Below, piece by piece: positions 13,160 to 24,100 of a stretch of DNA of 54,698 nucleotides. The position numbers were made by a program, and so were the translations under genes. The notes below the pieces were generated by a model. That model made no database searches. It had not been told where the DNA came from and saw only the letters and a list, made by a program, of their open reading frames with translations. The number at the start of each line of letters is the position of its first letter. The stretch's first letter is position 1. The stretch lies in NCBI GenBank assembly GCA_023231475.1, contig JALJEE010001998.1, positions 1 to 54,698 on the forward strand, given 5' to 3'. Source of the stretch: Seison nebaliae (Eukaryota).

Positions 13160-15121
13160 TTAGGTCGAAATAACATTAGAATTCAACAATGAAGAAGATG
13201 TTGTTGTTACTGGTTTATTATTTTTAGTAGATGGAATACCATCAACTGTCAAATTGAGTGAAGATGTCATATCGTGACGCTCATTATGACAATCATCGAT
13301 GTCGTTAAGATCACAAGAATTCCTCGTATTAGACGATGACGTTATCTCCGTACCAAAACGATCAATAGATATTGGATTATAATGTGCAATTTTTGCAATA
13401 TTCTTTTGGGCAGTTCGTCGTCCTCCTCCTCCAGATGATGACACTGAATTTGAATTACTATTATTATTATTCACATTTGGTTCATCGTTTAATTCTAATA
13501 ATTCTTCTTTGCATTTCATGTCACGTTTCAACATTTTATTAGACGTGGGACCTGATAATGTTTCAACAGAAGTATTGTCCAAATAAACGTTGGAGGATGA
13601 AGTGGAAGGATAAATTTCATAATTTTGAGATGTATTATTATGAAGGAGTTGATGATCATGATTTGAATGATGATGAATTATTTTCTCGATGTTACCACAA
13701 TCTTGAGAGGACGATGGATGAATCATCGAATTTTGAATATTCGTTGCGATATTATGATGATGTTGTGGGTGATGAGCATTGTTCAATCGATTTGAATTAA
13801 CATCCTGTTGATATAATTGATGCTGATTACGATGGTGATGATGATGATGATGAGACGATGGATTAGTCGATTGTTGATGTTGATCATCGTTTAAAATCGA
13901 ATTGTTTGTCGTTCGATCATTCTGCCATATATAATTCGAATAATCTTCTGATGTTGTTGATTGTAATCGCTGTTGTTGTTGTTGCTGCTGTTGGTGGTGA
14001 TGATGATGATGTTGATGATGGTTATTTGTATTATGTCCTTGATGATTATTACTCGAATTTTCATATTCATTTTCATGTTGTTGTTGTAATTGTTTTTGTG
14101 TCGATGATTGGACACCTATTGTCGTTGCTGATGATGATGAAAGATTATGATGATTCGATGACCGTCTTCCTAATAAATGATCTGATCTCATATCATCTTC
14201 TGTCGATTGTAAAATATTCTGATGTTGTTGTTGTTGTTGTTGTTGTTGGTGTTGTTGTTGTGGGTAGCGTTGTGATGATGAGGATGATGAGATGGAATTC
14301 AAATGTTCTATATGTAACTTTTTATGTGCACATAAATTCGATTTCTGCACAAATGATTTATCACAATAATCGCATTGATGTGGACGATAATTTGTATGGA
14401 TTCTTTCATGAACTCTCAAATTCGATGATTGAAGGAATCGCTTATCGCAATATTTACATCTGTATGGTTTGTCATCGATATGAATTCGTTCATGTGAAAA
14501 TAAATTAGATCGTTGTGTAAACGACTTGCCGCAGAACGAACAATGAAATGGACGTTCATTCGTATGAATTCGTTCATGAGCTTTCAAGTTGGACAATTGG
14601 GCAAATGCTTTACCACAATGTAAACATTGATAAGGTTTCTCATGAGTATGAATTCGTTTGTGAGCGACGAGATTAGATCGTTGTACGAATGCTTTATTGC
14701 AGAACTCACAAATAAATGGACGTTCGTCGCGATGAATACGAATATGTGCCTTCAAATTCGATCGTTGCATAAACTTCTTATCACAATAATCACATTCATA
14801 TTTCTTTGTGGATTTCTCTTGACGTTGTTTCAAAAATTCCGCCGTAATATTTACTTTCGGTAATCGAATATTCGTAACATCTAGCGTATCTTGTATTGAT
14901 ACATCATTACGAATGTTCGAATTATCCATACATTCCGTTTTGATGGAATCGATCGGACATATCTCATCTTCTAATAAATCACAATTATTTCTTCCCAATT
15001 GATGTTGTTGGCCTATGTTACTCGAAGTATTGCTCAGAGATTTAGGCACACTGTTCGATGACACTGTTCCACTCGCCACTATCACCGATGTATTCGTTTC
15101 ATTCGACATCCGCCGGTCCAT
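13160..15121 (-). CDS. C2H2 zinc-finger transcription factor, 6 tandem fingers plus Q/H/N/S-rich tail
   Basis: Six CX2C-X12-HX3H fingers with TGEKP-like linkers (HTHEKPY, HTNERPF). The first ATG is at 15121 (MDRRMS), just downstream of an acceptor-like TTTGTCAG. The ORF-track start at 15172 is not ATG. Confidence 0.9.
   Translation of the reverse strand: MDRRMSNETNTSVIVASGTVSSNSVPKSLSNTSSNIGQQHQLGRNNCDLLEDEICPIDSIKTECMDNSNIRNDVSIQDTLDVTNIRLPKVNITAEFLKQRQEKSTKKYECDYCDKKFMQRSNLKAHIRIHRDERPFICEFCNKAFVQRSNLVAHKRIHTHEKPYQCLHCGKAFAQLSNLKAHERIHTNERPFHCSFCGKSFTQRSNLFSHERIHIDDKPYRCKYCDKRFLQSSNLRVHERIHTNYRPHQCDYCDKSFVQKSNLCAHKKLHIEHLNSISSSSSSQRYPQQQHQQQQQQQQHQNILQSTEDDMRSDHLLGRRSSNHHNLSSSSATTIGVQSSTQKQLQQQHENEYENSSNNHQGHNTNNHHQHHHHHHQQQQQQQQRLQSTTSEDYSNYIWQNDRTTNNSILNDDQHQQSTNPSSHHHHHHHRNQHQLYQQDVNSNRLNNAHHPQHHHNIATNIQNSMIHPSSSQDCGNIEKIIHHHSNHDHQLLHNNTSQNYEIYPSTSSSNVYLDNTSVETLSGPTSNKMLKRDMKCKEELLELNDEPNVNNNNSNSNSVSSSGGGGRRTAQKNIAKIAHYNPISIDRFGTEITSSSNTRNSCDLNDIDDCHNERHDMTSSLNLTVDGIPSTKNNKPVTTTSSSLLNSNVIST
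14222..14261 (-). repeat. (CAA)n trinucleotide tract encoding poly-Gln in the zinc-finger gene
   Basis: Run of TGT/TTG repeats on the + strand. Similar coding tracts occur at ~13970-14020, 21145-21195 (poly-N, cadherin), ~12085-12135 (poly-N, Rac) and ~47445-47475 (poly-Q). Confidence 0.85.
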
Positions 15122-16770
15122 CCTGACAAACAAAATTCCAACAAAATAACAAAAATATATATTCTTTTTCAAATAATATTACTCTACTCAATTTTCAAAT
15201 TATACAACAAAAACATTGTGAATATGGAAAAGAATGACAACAACAATATTTATTAACAACATCAATCGAAGAAAGTTAATGGGAAAACGTAAATTTTCAA
15301 GCTTTCCTCAATAATAAAAATATCATATATTATTTCTCTCTGTTCAATTAAAAGTTATTATTGCCAATAATTCTTATTTATTACATCTCATCCATTAATT
15401 TCGTGTGAATAATGAAAGAGAAGAGATTAATATATTAGGAAAGAGAAAATTAGTATTTGACAGCATTTAAATAACTTGAAGAAGAACTGAATTTATTATA
15501 AACTTAAAATTTGAATTTAATTATAAATTTTTCCATTATTTCTTCCAATTTTAATTATAATACAATCTTTTTTTTCTTATCTTTTTATTATGATTATTTT
15601 GTTTATCTATTATTTTTACCACCATAGGCTATATCAAAAACAAAATGCAGATAACTCACTAACTGAATCAACGGAAAACTTAAAATTTAATATTATAGTT
15701 CGGAAGTGATTGATGAATTTTGGAATTATCAATCTATAATAATCACAAGATATTTTTAGTAAGGAAAAAATTTCTCGTGCAAATAGGAAGACAATATGGA
15801 AAGTTCAAGAATAGCGATAAAATCCAATATTCTCAATTATCTTCTAACTAACAATAATAAGAGTAGCGGTAATAGCTTTAAACCACTGACAGAGAAGATA
15901 GATGTTCTATTGAAATTGAAGCAATACCAGGATAATACCAGTTCACCGGATGAAATAAATTTATTCATTTAATGTGGTCAATTAGTGGTTTGTTAAATAT
16001 TTAAAATATAATCTTCTTGTCACAAAACCTGTGAGTACATTGGATACATAAATAATGAACGTAGACATTTTTATTAAATATTATATTTATCTCGTATTTC
16101 ATTATCCAATTATCCAAACCAAAAGGAAACATCATAAAATGTTTCAATCATTGTTTCAATTTAGGTGTTGAATATTTTGAAACTGAAAAGAAACATGACT
16201 GAAAATTTTATAATAAATTTTTCTAAAATTATTCTTACAATAGAAGTATTTTTATTTAAAAGTTAAATTTTTAAAAAAAGTATACAGTACAAAAGCTATA
16301 CATTTTGATGTTATATACTTAAGATACTTTTTTTTTATTAATTAATGTGTGCATTATACTTTGACTATGCATCTGAGCAAAAATCATTTTCGTAGATGAT
16401 AAATAATGTTCTATCACTAAGCGAAGATTCAGGCCCGAATTCGAGTCCGAGGTAGTTGAGATTGCCTTGTTAGAAAAATATCAAGCCTAAATTTTATAAT
16501 TTGAAGAGAATATAACAAAAGTAATGTGTAGTTTGAGAGGGAAATTTGTTAATTTCATAAGATTAATTTAATTCTCAATTCATAATTATTTATTCGAACT
16601 CTAATATATAAATTATATGTTTATTGTAAATAAAAATAAGTCTGTTTTGCGTAATAAATGAAAATTGGAATTGAAAAGTGTGAATTGGAATGACTTTATG
16701 AGAATAAATGAAAATCATATGTCATAATTTTGATGAGGTGAATTGTTAGGGAGAGATTAATTGATTGAGA

Positions 16771-19700
16771 ATGGAAAACACAAGTTTCCAAACGTTGATC
16801 GGTTGTTTCGATTGGTTGTCTGAAGAAGAATATTCTTCTCTTATCAATAAGAAAATTGCGAAAAATTTACTTCCAACTAATGGTAATGATAACAATAAAT
16901 TATTACATGAATCGATTTATAATAATTGTGTGAATGAGTTTGGGGAGACATATCAACAGATTCATAAAAACGATTCAATAAATCATCATTTAATCAAATT
17001 GTCATCTCCACCATTCAAATTCGAAATGAAATCGAAAAGAGATACAATCTTCCTTCTTCCTTACAACTTGCTGCCGATACGAACGACGAATAATGAGGAG
17101 AAGAATGCATCGAAACAATTGAATGAATATGATTCATTGATAAAATATTTGATGAATAACTTTCATTTTCAATTAAGTAGTTTGGTGAATTTTGAAGATG
17201 TTCTCCTCAAATATTTACTCGAATTATCCACGTCCATCACATTAACTAAAAGTAATGTGATTAATTGGTGGATTAGTAAGATAGAGAATCAGTTGAATCT
17301 CCCCGAATTATGGCCATTGTCCACACCCGGTGATGGTAATTGTTTATTGCATGCAACATGTATCTATATTTCTGGTGTACCAGATCATCGGCCACTTTTA
17401 CGCTATTGTTTATATAATTCACTTTCTTCGCTCAAATCTAATTATACCTCCTCCTCACTTTATCGACGATGGAAATATGAACAAATGAAATTGAACGCTC
17501 AAATCCATTTGATTTTCAATGAGAAAGAATGGAAAAATGAATGGTATAATATGATAGAATTAGCAAATTGTGATCCGAAACGTATCAACAATAGTGAATC
17601 ACAAAATTTCAATTCAAATAACATGAAAAAGAAGAACGAGAAGATGATGAGTTCCAATTCCATCAACAATAACGCCCTCCAACAATCAACATCAACTGGA
17701 TCATCATATGATAATTCCGAGTCATTAAATTCTACAACGAAACGTGTCGATCAATTGCGACAAGAGAATCATCGTATGGAACCTTTTGGAAGATGTCACC
17801 AAGAATTAATCAGATCGTCAGATAATATCTCTAACGAATCCACTTATTATTTCGACAGTTTAGAAGAAATACATATTTTCGTATTAGCACAATTGCTTTA
17901 TCGTCCCATAATCTTATTATCAGAAAAAATGTTGAAAGACAGTACTGGTCAACCGTTGTCGCCTATTAATTTCAGTGGTATTTATTTACCATTAATGCAG
18001 AATCCAAATCATTGTCATCGAACACCTGTCATTTTGGCATATGATGCTTCACATTTCTCTCCACTTATACCAGTTGTCCGATTAGAAGATGATGCACATT
18101 CCCATTTAAATCTCATTCCTCTTACTGATGGGAAAGATTTGTTGAAAATTCATTTCGTTTGTGATCCTTTCTCCTATAATAAGACACGAAATGATATAGA
18201 ATCCGAACAAATAAAAACGAAACTCCTTCCCAAATTCTCCAATACATCCTCCTCATCGAGGGAGAATGGCAAATCGAATAATTCACGTTTCCCTTTTAAA
18301 GAATCACAAATATGGCAAGAAATCGAAAAATTTTATGCAGCTGATGATAAACCGACGGAGCGTTCCGTTTATATCCCTGAAGAATTATCGTTGAATGATC
18401 AATATCAATTACTCTCCACATATATGGACATTTATCTGGTGGATTTCGATCTCAAATCACGAATTTCATTGAAACAAGGACATCGTTTCTACGATTGTGA
18501 AACTAATCCATTAATTCTCAATCCACAACGATTCATTTCTGAATTAAAATTATCAAATCCTTCACTCTTCCTAACGGACTATGCACAACCATCATCTGAA
18601 TCACTTCGTCGTCAAGAAAAATATAAAGGGAAGGATGGCAGATCTAAAAAGAAGAATTTTTTAAAAGATATTCTCAAAATAAAACCTTCAAATTTCCTTT
18701 CAAACAATAAGAAAATTATTAATATAGAAAATCATAAGACAACGGAAAGACAAGAAAAAACCGTTACCGAAAACTTAATTAATGATTCAGTCAGGAGTAT
18801 TCAATTCAATGATATGAATGACAATATTCTTAAAGTTGCTCAAGATCATTTCCAATTGTGTGCTAAAACATCAGAAATCTTACCCGACAAATATACTGAT
18901 CTTATAGCTCAACATTTTGAATCGATTGTAAATGTGTATAATGGGAAGAGGAGAAATGAGGAGATGTTGGTTGAACAAAACAAATTGAATGATAATCCAC
19001 CGACATATGACGAATTTGTTAATCAGAACAAATCAAATGTTGAAAATATTTCCCACAACAACAAGGGAGGAAGTAGGAAAGGTTTGGAAGAGACTGAAAA
19101 GAGATCTGATAATAATACCAATTTTAATTCTTCTAATAATTTAATGGAAAATTTTGAGAAGGTAACAGATAATCGTCCAAATTCTCATAATATCATGGAA
19201 GCTCATCGGATTTCTAACAATTTCATAGAAAATCGTCGAACAACTCAAAATGAGTCAGAGGATCATCATTACTGTGAAAAGTTGATAAACAACCATCAAA
19301 ATCGACCGATTAAAATTGAAAGTCACTCCAATCTTATATCTAATGGAAATCATCAAAATATGATCGGAGTATATCAAAACCGTCGTCCAAATGTAGAAAA
19401 TATTCATTCAAATTGTCGAAATATAAATGGCAATCAACAGAGTTTGAACGACGAACATTTAAAGCAAATTAAATACGATTTAGATAAGAAGAAATTGGGA
19501 GAGTATCGTCATCGTATGATAGAAACACGATCGAATTTGTCGGGTAATTTTCCAAATCAGATTTCATCCACAAATAACGAGGAAAAGTTTAATAAGAATG
19601 AAGAATTGAATAATTTGAAATATAAGGAATTTCCATTAAATCCTTCGACGACATTTAGAGAGAATACGGAAATAACTGTTCGTCCAACTCGAACAAAATA

Positions 19701-20115
19701 TGTGGAAGAAAATTCCGACATATCAAATTATAATAAATCATTTCTCTCCAATGATAAGATGAAGAATCAATTGAAAATAAGAGAAAAGGATTTGATTAGC
19801 GACGAGAGAATTCCGATAGAAATACCACAAGTAACATCTTTTCGAATCGAACCAAAAGAGACAATGCGTAAAATTCCATATATGGATGATTATAGAGATG
19901 TGGAGAAAATGGAGATAGGACCGTTTAATAGTCGAAAACAGGAAAAGAGAAATAATTTTCAAACAACTCCAATGAAGACATATAACGATAAATTTATGAG
20001 ACGATTGGACAATTCTCCATCTCAACCCACTTTCGATTCCACAACAAAACATAAAACGAAATCTTATTTTTTACAATCCCAATATGGATATGATGAGAAG
20101 AGTGAACGATTTTAA
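16771..20115 (+). CDS. OTUD7: OTUD7/Cezanne-family OTU deubiquitinase, intronless
   Basis: Catalytic PGDGNCLLHA and YDASHFSPL. Family blocks WKNEWYNMIELANCDPKR and SLEEIHIFVLAQLLYRPIILLSEKMLKDSTGQPLSPINFSGIYLPL match OTUD7A/B. First ATG at 16771. Confidence 0.9.
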   Translation: MENTSFQTLIGCFDWLSEEEYSSLINKKIAKNLLPTNGNDNNKLLHESIYNNCVNEFGETYQQIHKNDSINHHLIKLSSPPFKFEMKSKRDTIFLLPYNLLPIRTTNNEEKNASKQLNEYDSLIKYLMNNFHFQLSSLVNFEDVLLKYLLELSTSITLTKSNVINWWISKIENQLNLPELWPLSTPGDGNCLLHATCIYISGVPDHRPLLRYCLYNSLSSLKSNYTSSSLYRRWKYEQMKLNAQIHLIFNEKEWKNEWYNMIELANCDPKRINNSESQNFNSNNMKKKNEKMMSSNSINNNALQQSTSTGSSYDNSESLNSTTKRVDQLRQENHRMEPFGRCHQELIRSSDNISNESTYYFDSLEEIHIFVLAQLLYRPIILLSEKMLKDSTGQPLSPINFSGIYLPLMQNPNHCHRTPVILAYDASHFSPLIPVVRLEDDAHSHLNLIPLTDGKDLLKIHFVCDPFSYNKTRNDIESEQIKTKLLPKFSNTSSSSRENGKSNNSRFPFKESQIWQEIEKFYAADDKPTERSVYIPEELSLNDQYQLLSTYMDIYLVDFDLKSRISLKQGHRFYDCETNPLILNPQRFISELKLSNPSLFLTDYAQPSSESLRRQEKYKGKDGRSKKKNFLKDILKIKPSNFLSNNKKIINIENHKTTERQEKTVTENLINDSVRSIQFNDMNDNILKVAQDHFQLCAKTSEILPDKYTDLIAQHFESIVNVYNGKRRNEEMLVEQNKLNDNPPTYDEFVNQNKSNVENISHNNKGGSRKGLEETEKRSDNNTNFNSSNNLMENFEKVTDNRPNSHNIMEAHRISNNFIENRRTTQNESEDHHYCEKLINNHQNRPIKIESHSNLISNGNHQNMIGVYQNRRPNVENIHSNCRNINGNQQSLNDEHLKQIKYDLDKKKLGEYRHRMIETRSNLSGNFPNQISSTNNEEKFNKNEELNNLKYKEFPLNPSTTFRENTEITVRPTRTKYVEENSDISNYNKSFLSNDKMKNQLKIREKDLISDERIPIEIPQVTSFRIEPKETMRKIPYMDDYRDVEKMEIGPFNSRKQEKRNNFQTTPMKTYNDKFMRRLDNSPSQPTFDSTTKHKTKSYFLQSQYGYDEKSERF

Positions 20116-20812
20116 CTTTTGGTATCTTCCAAAAAAAACTGTTTTTTATTTATTTCTTCTGAAATTTTCAAAAAATATCATTTATCCATTTTCCAATTTG
20201 TTTCTGATGCGGATTCAAATTTATTGAAAATGTTTGGTTGAAAATGTAAAGATAACATTTATAACCGATAAATTGAGAATGTTTTCATCCGAAATGCTTT
20301 TTATACAATGTAATTTTCATACTACACTTTCTTATTTTCACCAATTACAACTCTCTCAAAGTATGTCCCTGCAGAATAATCGTGGAAATTTCTGTAAAAT
20401 ATCCTATTTTTCAGTTATATCTCTTCCTTATTTATTTCCTGAATGGAATTAACAATTATTTGAATATTTGAAATTCTTTTATTTTCTTATTTGTATGTTT
20501 TGCATTGGATTTTGATTGAATATTAAATTCTAGTTTAAAATTAAGGATGAAAATAGCATATGATATGTATAGTTCCACTTCAATTTATTTTCATGATTAT
20601 TTTCATTCTATTTATTCGATAACACATAATTTACATGATACACGCATTTTTAATGGGAATAAATTTGTAGATGAAAAATGAGTAAAGGAAAAGAATGATT
20701 AGGTTACGGATAAATACTTTGATAATAAAAAATTTGTCGGAAAAATATTGACTAAAAAGAAAAAGGGAAATCATTTATATGATATTTACAAAAATGGAAA
20801 TTATTAGTTTTA

Positions 20813-21144
20813 TTAATCGTCTGTTCTATTGTTACTGTAGATTTGTTTGATTCGATTGAATTTCTCATCTTCATCATCGATGATAGTGACATCGATAGAA
20901 TCACGACGATCAGTCAATGTTGCTTGTGATTCGTTCAAATCTCCAGATTTTGAGGTAGTTGAAGTTTTCTTTTTATTGTTTTCGGTGACGTTAGTCTGAA
21001 TTGATGATAGAGAACTGACGATACTGTTACCTTCACCTTCATATGCATATTCTTGAAGTGAATCCCATGGTGGTTGTGCTTCATCTTTTCTCACTTCTTC
21101 AATTCGAGTTTCAATGAAATTTGCTGTTGATTCATTATTTATTA

Positions 21145-21175
<31 letters not shown>

Positions 21176-24100
21176 GTTGTTGTTGTTGTTGCTGCTGATA
21201 TTCTCGTTCATTGATGCATTACTCGTATTTTTGCTACCGGTGGTGGTTGTTAATTCTTCAGTTGACGTACGATTAGCTGAATCGTTGTGTGATATATATT
21301 TATATGGATCTGATTGATCAGGTTGATCAACTGCTGTTGATTTTAAAATGGGCATCGCATTTCTATTACGTCCTCCAAAAGTTCCATCATATTCGACACC
21401 CATTGTACGTTGAAGTGTATTGAGATCGGATGATGTCTCATTTCCATATGGTGGATATGATGATTGTTGCATTGATAATTCTTGATAATGATTCTTCATC
21501 ATCGTATTCATTTGAATTGGATAATTCATATGATTGGGACTATTGACATGCATCGGATATTCATCATTTCTTAAAATAACTGGTTTCATTAATGGTCTCA
21601 AATCATAAGAATCTTGATCTTCATCGGGACAACCTTCTTCTTTATAATCGATAAAATTCTCTCGAACATCATCATTGGGATCGACACCTAACGTATATTT
21701 CTTATCTAATTTACTTCTTCTCGTAAATACGAAAAAAAATAAGACCAACAACAATACCAACATGAGACATACTAATATTGCGATGATGGCACCAATACTG
21801 AGATAAGAGGTTGAAGCACGACGTCCCTGTTGATTACAATGTCTTCCATACCATCCACTCTTACATTCACATTTATATCCAGTATTAATATAATTTATAC
21901 AATGATCCGTACCCAAAGTGGAACATGGAGGTAAAGTTAATTTACATTCATTAATATCTTCACAATATATTGGTGCTGGAGCCAACTGTCGACCACGAGG
22001 ACATTTACATTCATAATTCCTCCATAAATCTACACACAATTGAGGTGTGTGACAGGTGGAGGGTAGACAATTGCCTGAACCATCACAACCGATTTTGATA
22101 TTACTTATCTCTCGAATGATTACTCGTTTATCATATGTCCCATTTTCAGATAAGGGCAGTAAAATATTATTATAACGAACATCTCTCAAACACGAATGCA
22201 TATAATCATTTCTTATACCAACTGCACTTATTCCGAATTTGGATACTCGTGCACCTAAATAAACACTATCTGTTTCCAATTTAAAATGGTCGGGATAATT
22301 TTTTTCGAAGAATCTTCTCGGAATCAAATTCAAATCATATGTCCGATTAACGAATCGAAATATTCCATTTTCGCCCATATCCAATTCCAGAATAGCTTCT
22401 CGACCTAACCGTTCCGCTTTAACCGTATGCCACTTCCCGTCATTGACGGGTGAACCTGCCTCGATTCTCAAAATTATTTCTGCAGCCGATTCCGTTTTCC
22501 ATGGCGTTCGAATTTTCCCACATGAATATCTTAATTGAACTCGATTATCTGCTAATTCGATATAGAAATACATCGATTTATGATCACTGCCAGTTGCTTG
22601 GAAGAGTGTCTGCACTTTCGTTTCTCCACCAGACGTGTCTTGTAACGTTCGGAATTGTAACATTGCTTTCGTACTCCATTCCTTCTCATGTTCTTTCGCT
22701 CCTTTAAAGAATGGCATGATTCGATAAGAGATATAAGATCCAGCACTTAATCGATTTAATGGTGTCTGGAAATCAGCAGAAACTGATTCTTCATTACACA
22801 TGGGACCACTCCAACCAGCATCGCAAATACATTTTGCTTCTTCGAAATCCGAATAACAATAACCATTTCTTCCACAAGGTTCGTTTTGTCTAACTTGTTT
22901 CTCTCTAGCTAATTTGACACATTGATTCTCAGTTTGACTACATTCTTGAGAGATGATTGTATTTCGTTTCAGAAGTGAATTTTTCTTATTCTTATTCGAA
23001 TTATCTATCTCATTTAAAAAATCATTTTCATCATCAATTGATGTATAAGTGTTATGATAATCGACATCAATTAATTCATGATTTTGTTCAAAATTCCTCA
23101 GACATCCTTTGAATGGTTGTCTGATTAAATTATTAGGAGTAAATGTTTGTTTTCTCGAAATTCCACCCAATTGTAATGGATATGAACCAACTTCTAAATA
23201 AATGTCCTCAGGACTCAATTTCTGAACAATTTCACATTCTTCTTCATTAAAGAAAGATGTGTCACTTTGGATGGTTGAGGTGTCGGTGGAGTATTGTGGT
23301 TGACAACGATCGAGTACCAAACGCAAAAGATTATCTCCCAAATAAATATCAATACGATGCCATTTCCCATTATTAACAGCGATGGAACGACGTAGATATA
23401 ATGAATGAGTATTTTTCGAACCGATCTTAAAATGAAATTCAACTTTACCATTATGAATTTGGAGGAAGATGTAATCCTTTGATTGATAACTACCTAAATA
23501 ATCTTTCATTAATGGTCCACTATAGAATAATAATGAATCTGGTTTGGATGTGATGAATTCCAATCCAATGTGCAACTTCTCACACGTATCAAACGATTCC
23601 AACCAAACCATATTATTATTATCGCTTGTTTCTAATAAAGGATTTCGATCAGAAAAACTGATGATAGTCTCTTGACATCTCGGACCGACATTCTTTTTAT
23701 TTTTACATTGACATTTAGGTCCATCTGGTGTGTGACTACATTTGCCATCATGGAGACAAGTATCAGGTCGACCACAAACATGACCATGTGCCGTTATGAA
23801 ACGTTGTTCACTAATCGCTGTTGTTTTACAAACACCACATAATGAATCATATTCAGAATGAACTCCAATTAAAGCCGTTTCATTCGCATTGACAGCATAA
23901 CCGATTTCACGAATTAATAATCTGGGGAGACAACCGCCACCACCGGCACATTTCCATTCGGCATCATTACATGGATCGATGCCAATGTCGATCAATTTCA
24001 AACGATTTTCTTTTAATAAATTACTTAATTCTGCTTGATTCAATCTCATCATACCATTCAATTTTTGTGGTTTATATGGAGGAGATCCATGAACCGAATA

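Noticed and set aside
13558..14863. Antisense ORFs over the zinc-finger gene (likewise over the cadherin and the 1082-aa ORF)
   Set aside because: Shadow frames produced by trinucleotide repeats and codon bias (poly-V/L/M/D), with no independent coding signal.
15122..15210. Acceptor-like TTTGTCAG just before the zinc-finger ATG (5' UTR intron or trans-splice site)
   Set aside because: The donor cannot be placed without cDNA. The nearest fitting donor would be GTA, a possible exception to the GTT rule, so it was left out of the tally.
16415..16466. tRNA B-box-like TTCGAGTCC and let-7-like GAGGTAGT
   Set aside because: No cloverleaf or A-box, and the let-7 match does not extend or form a hairpin.
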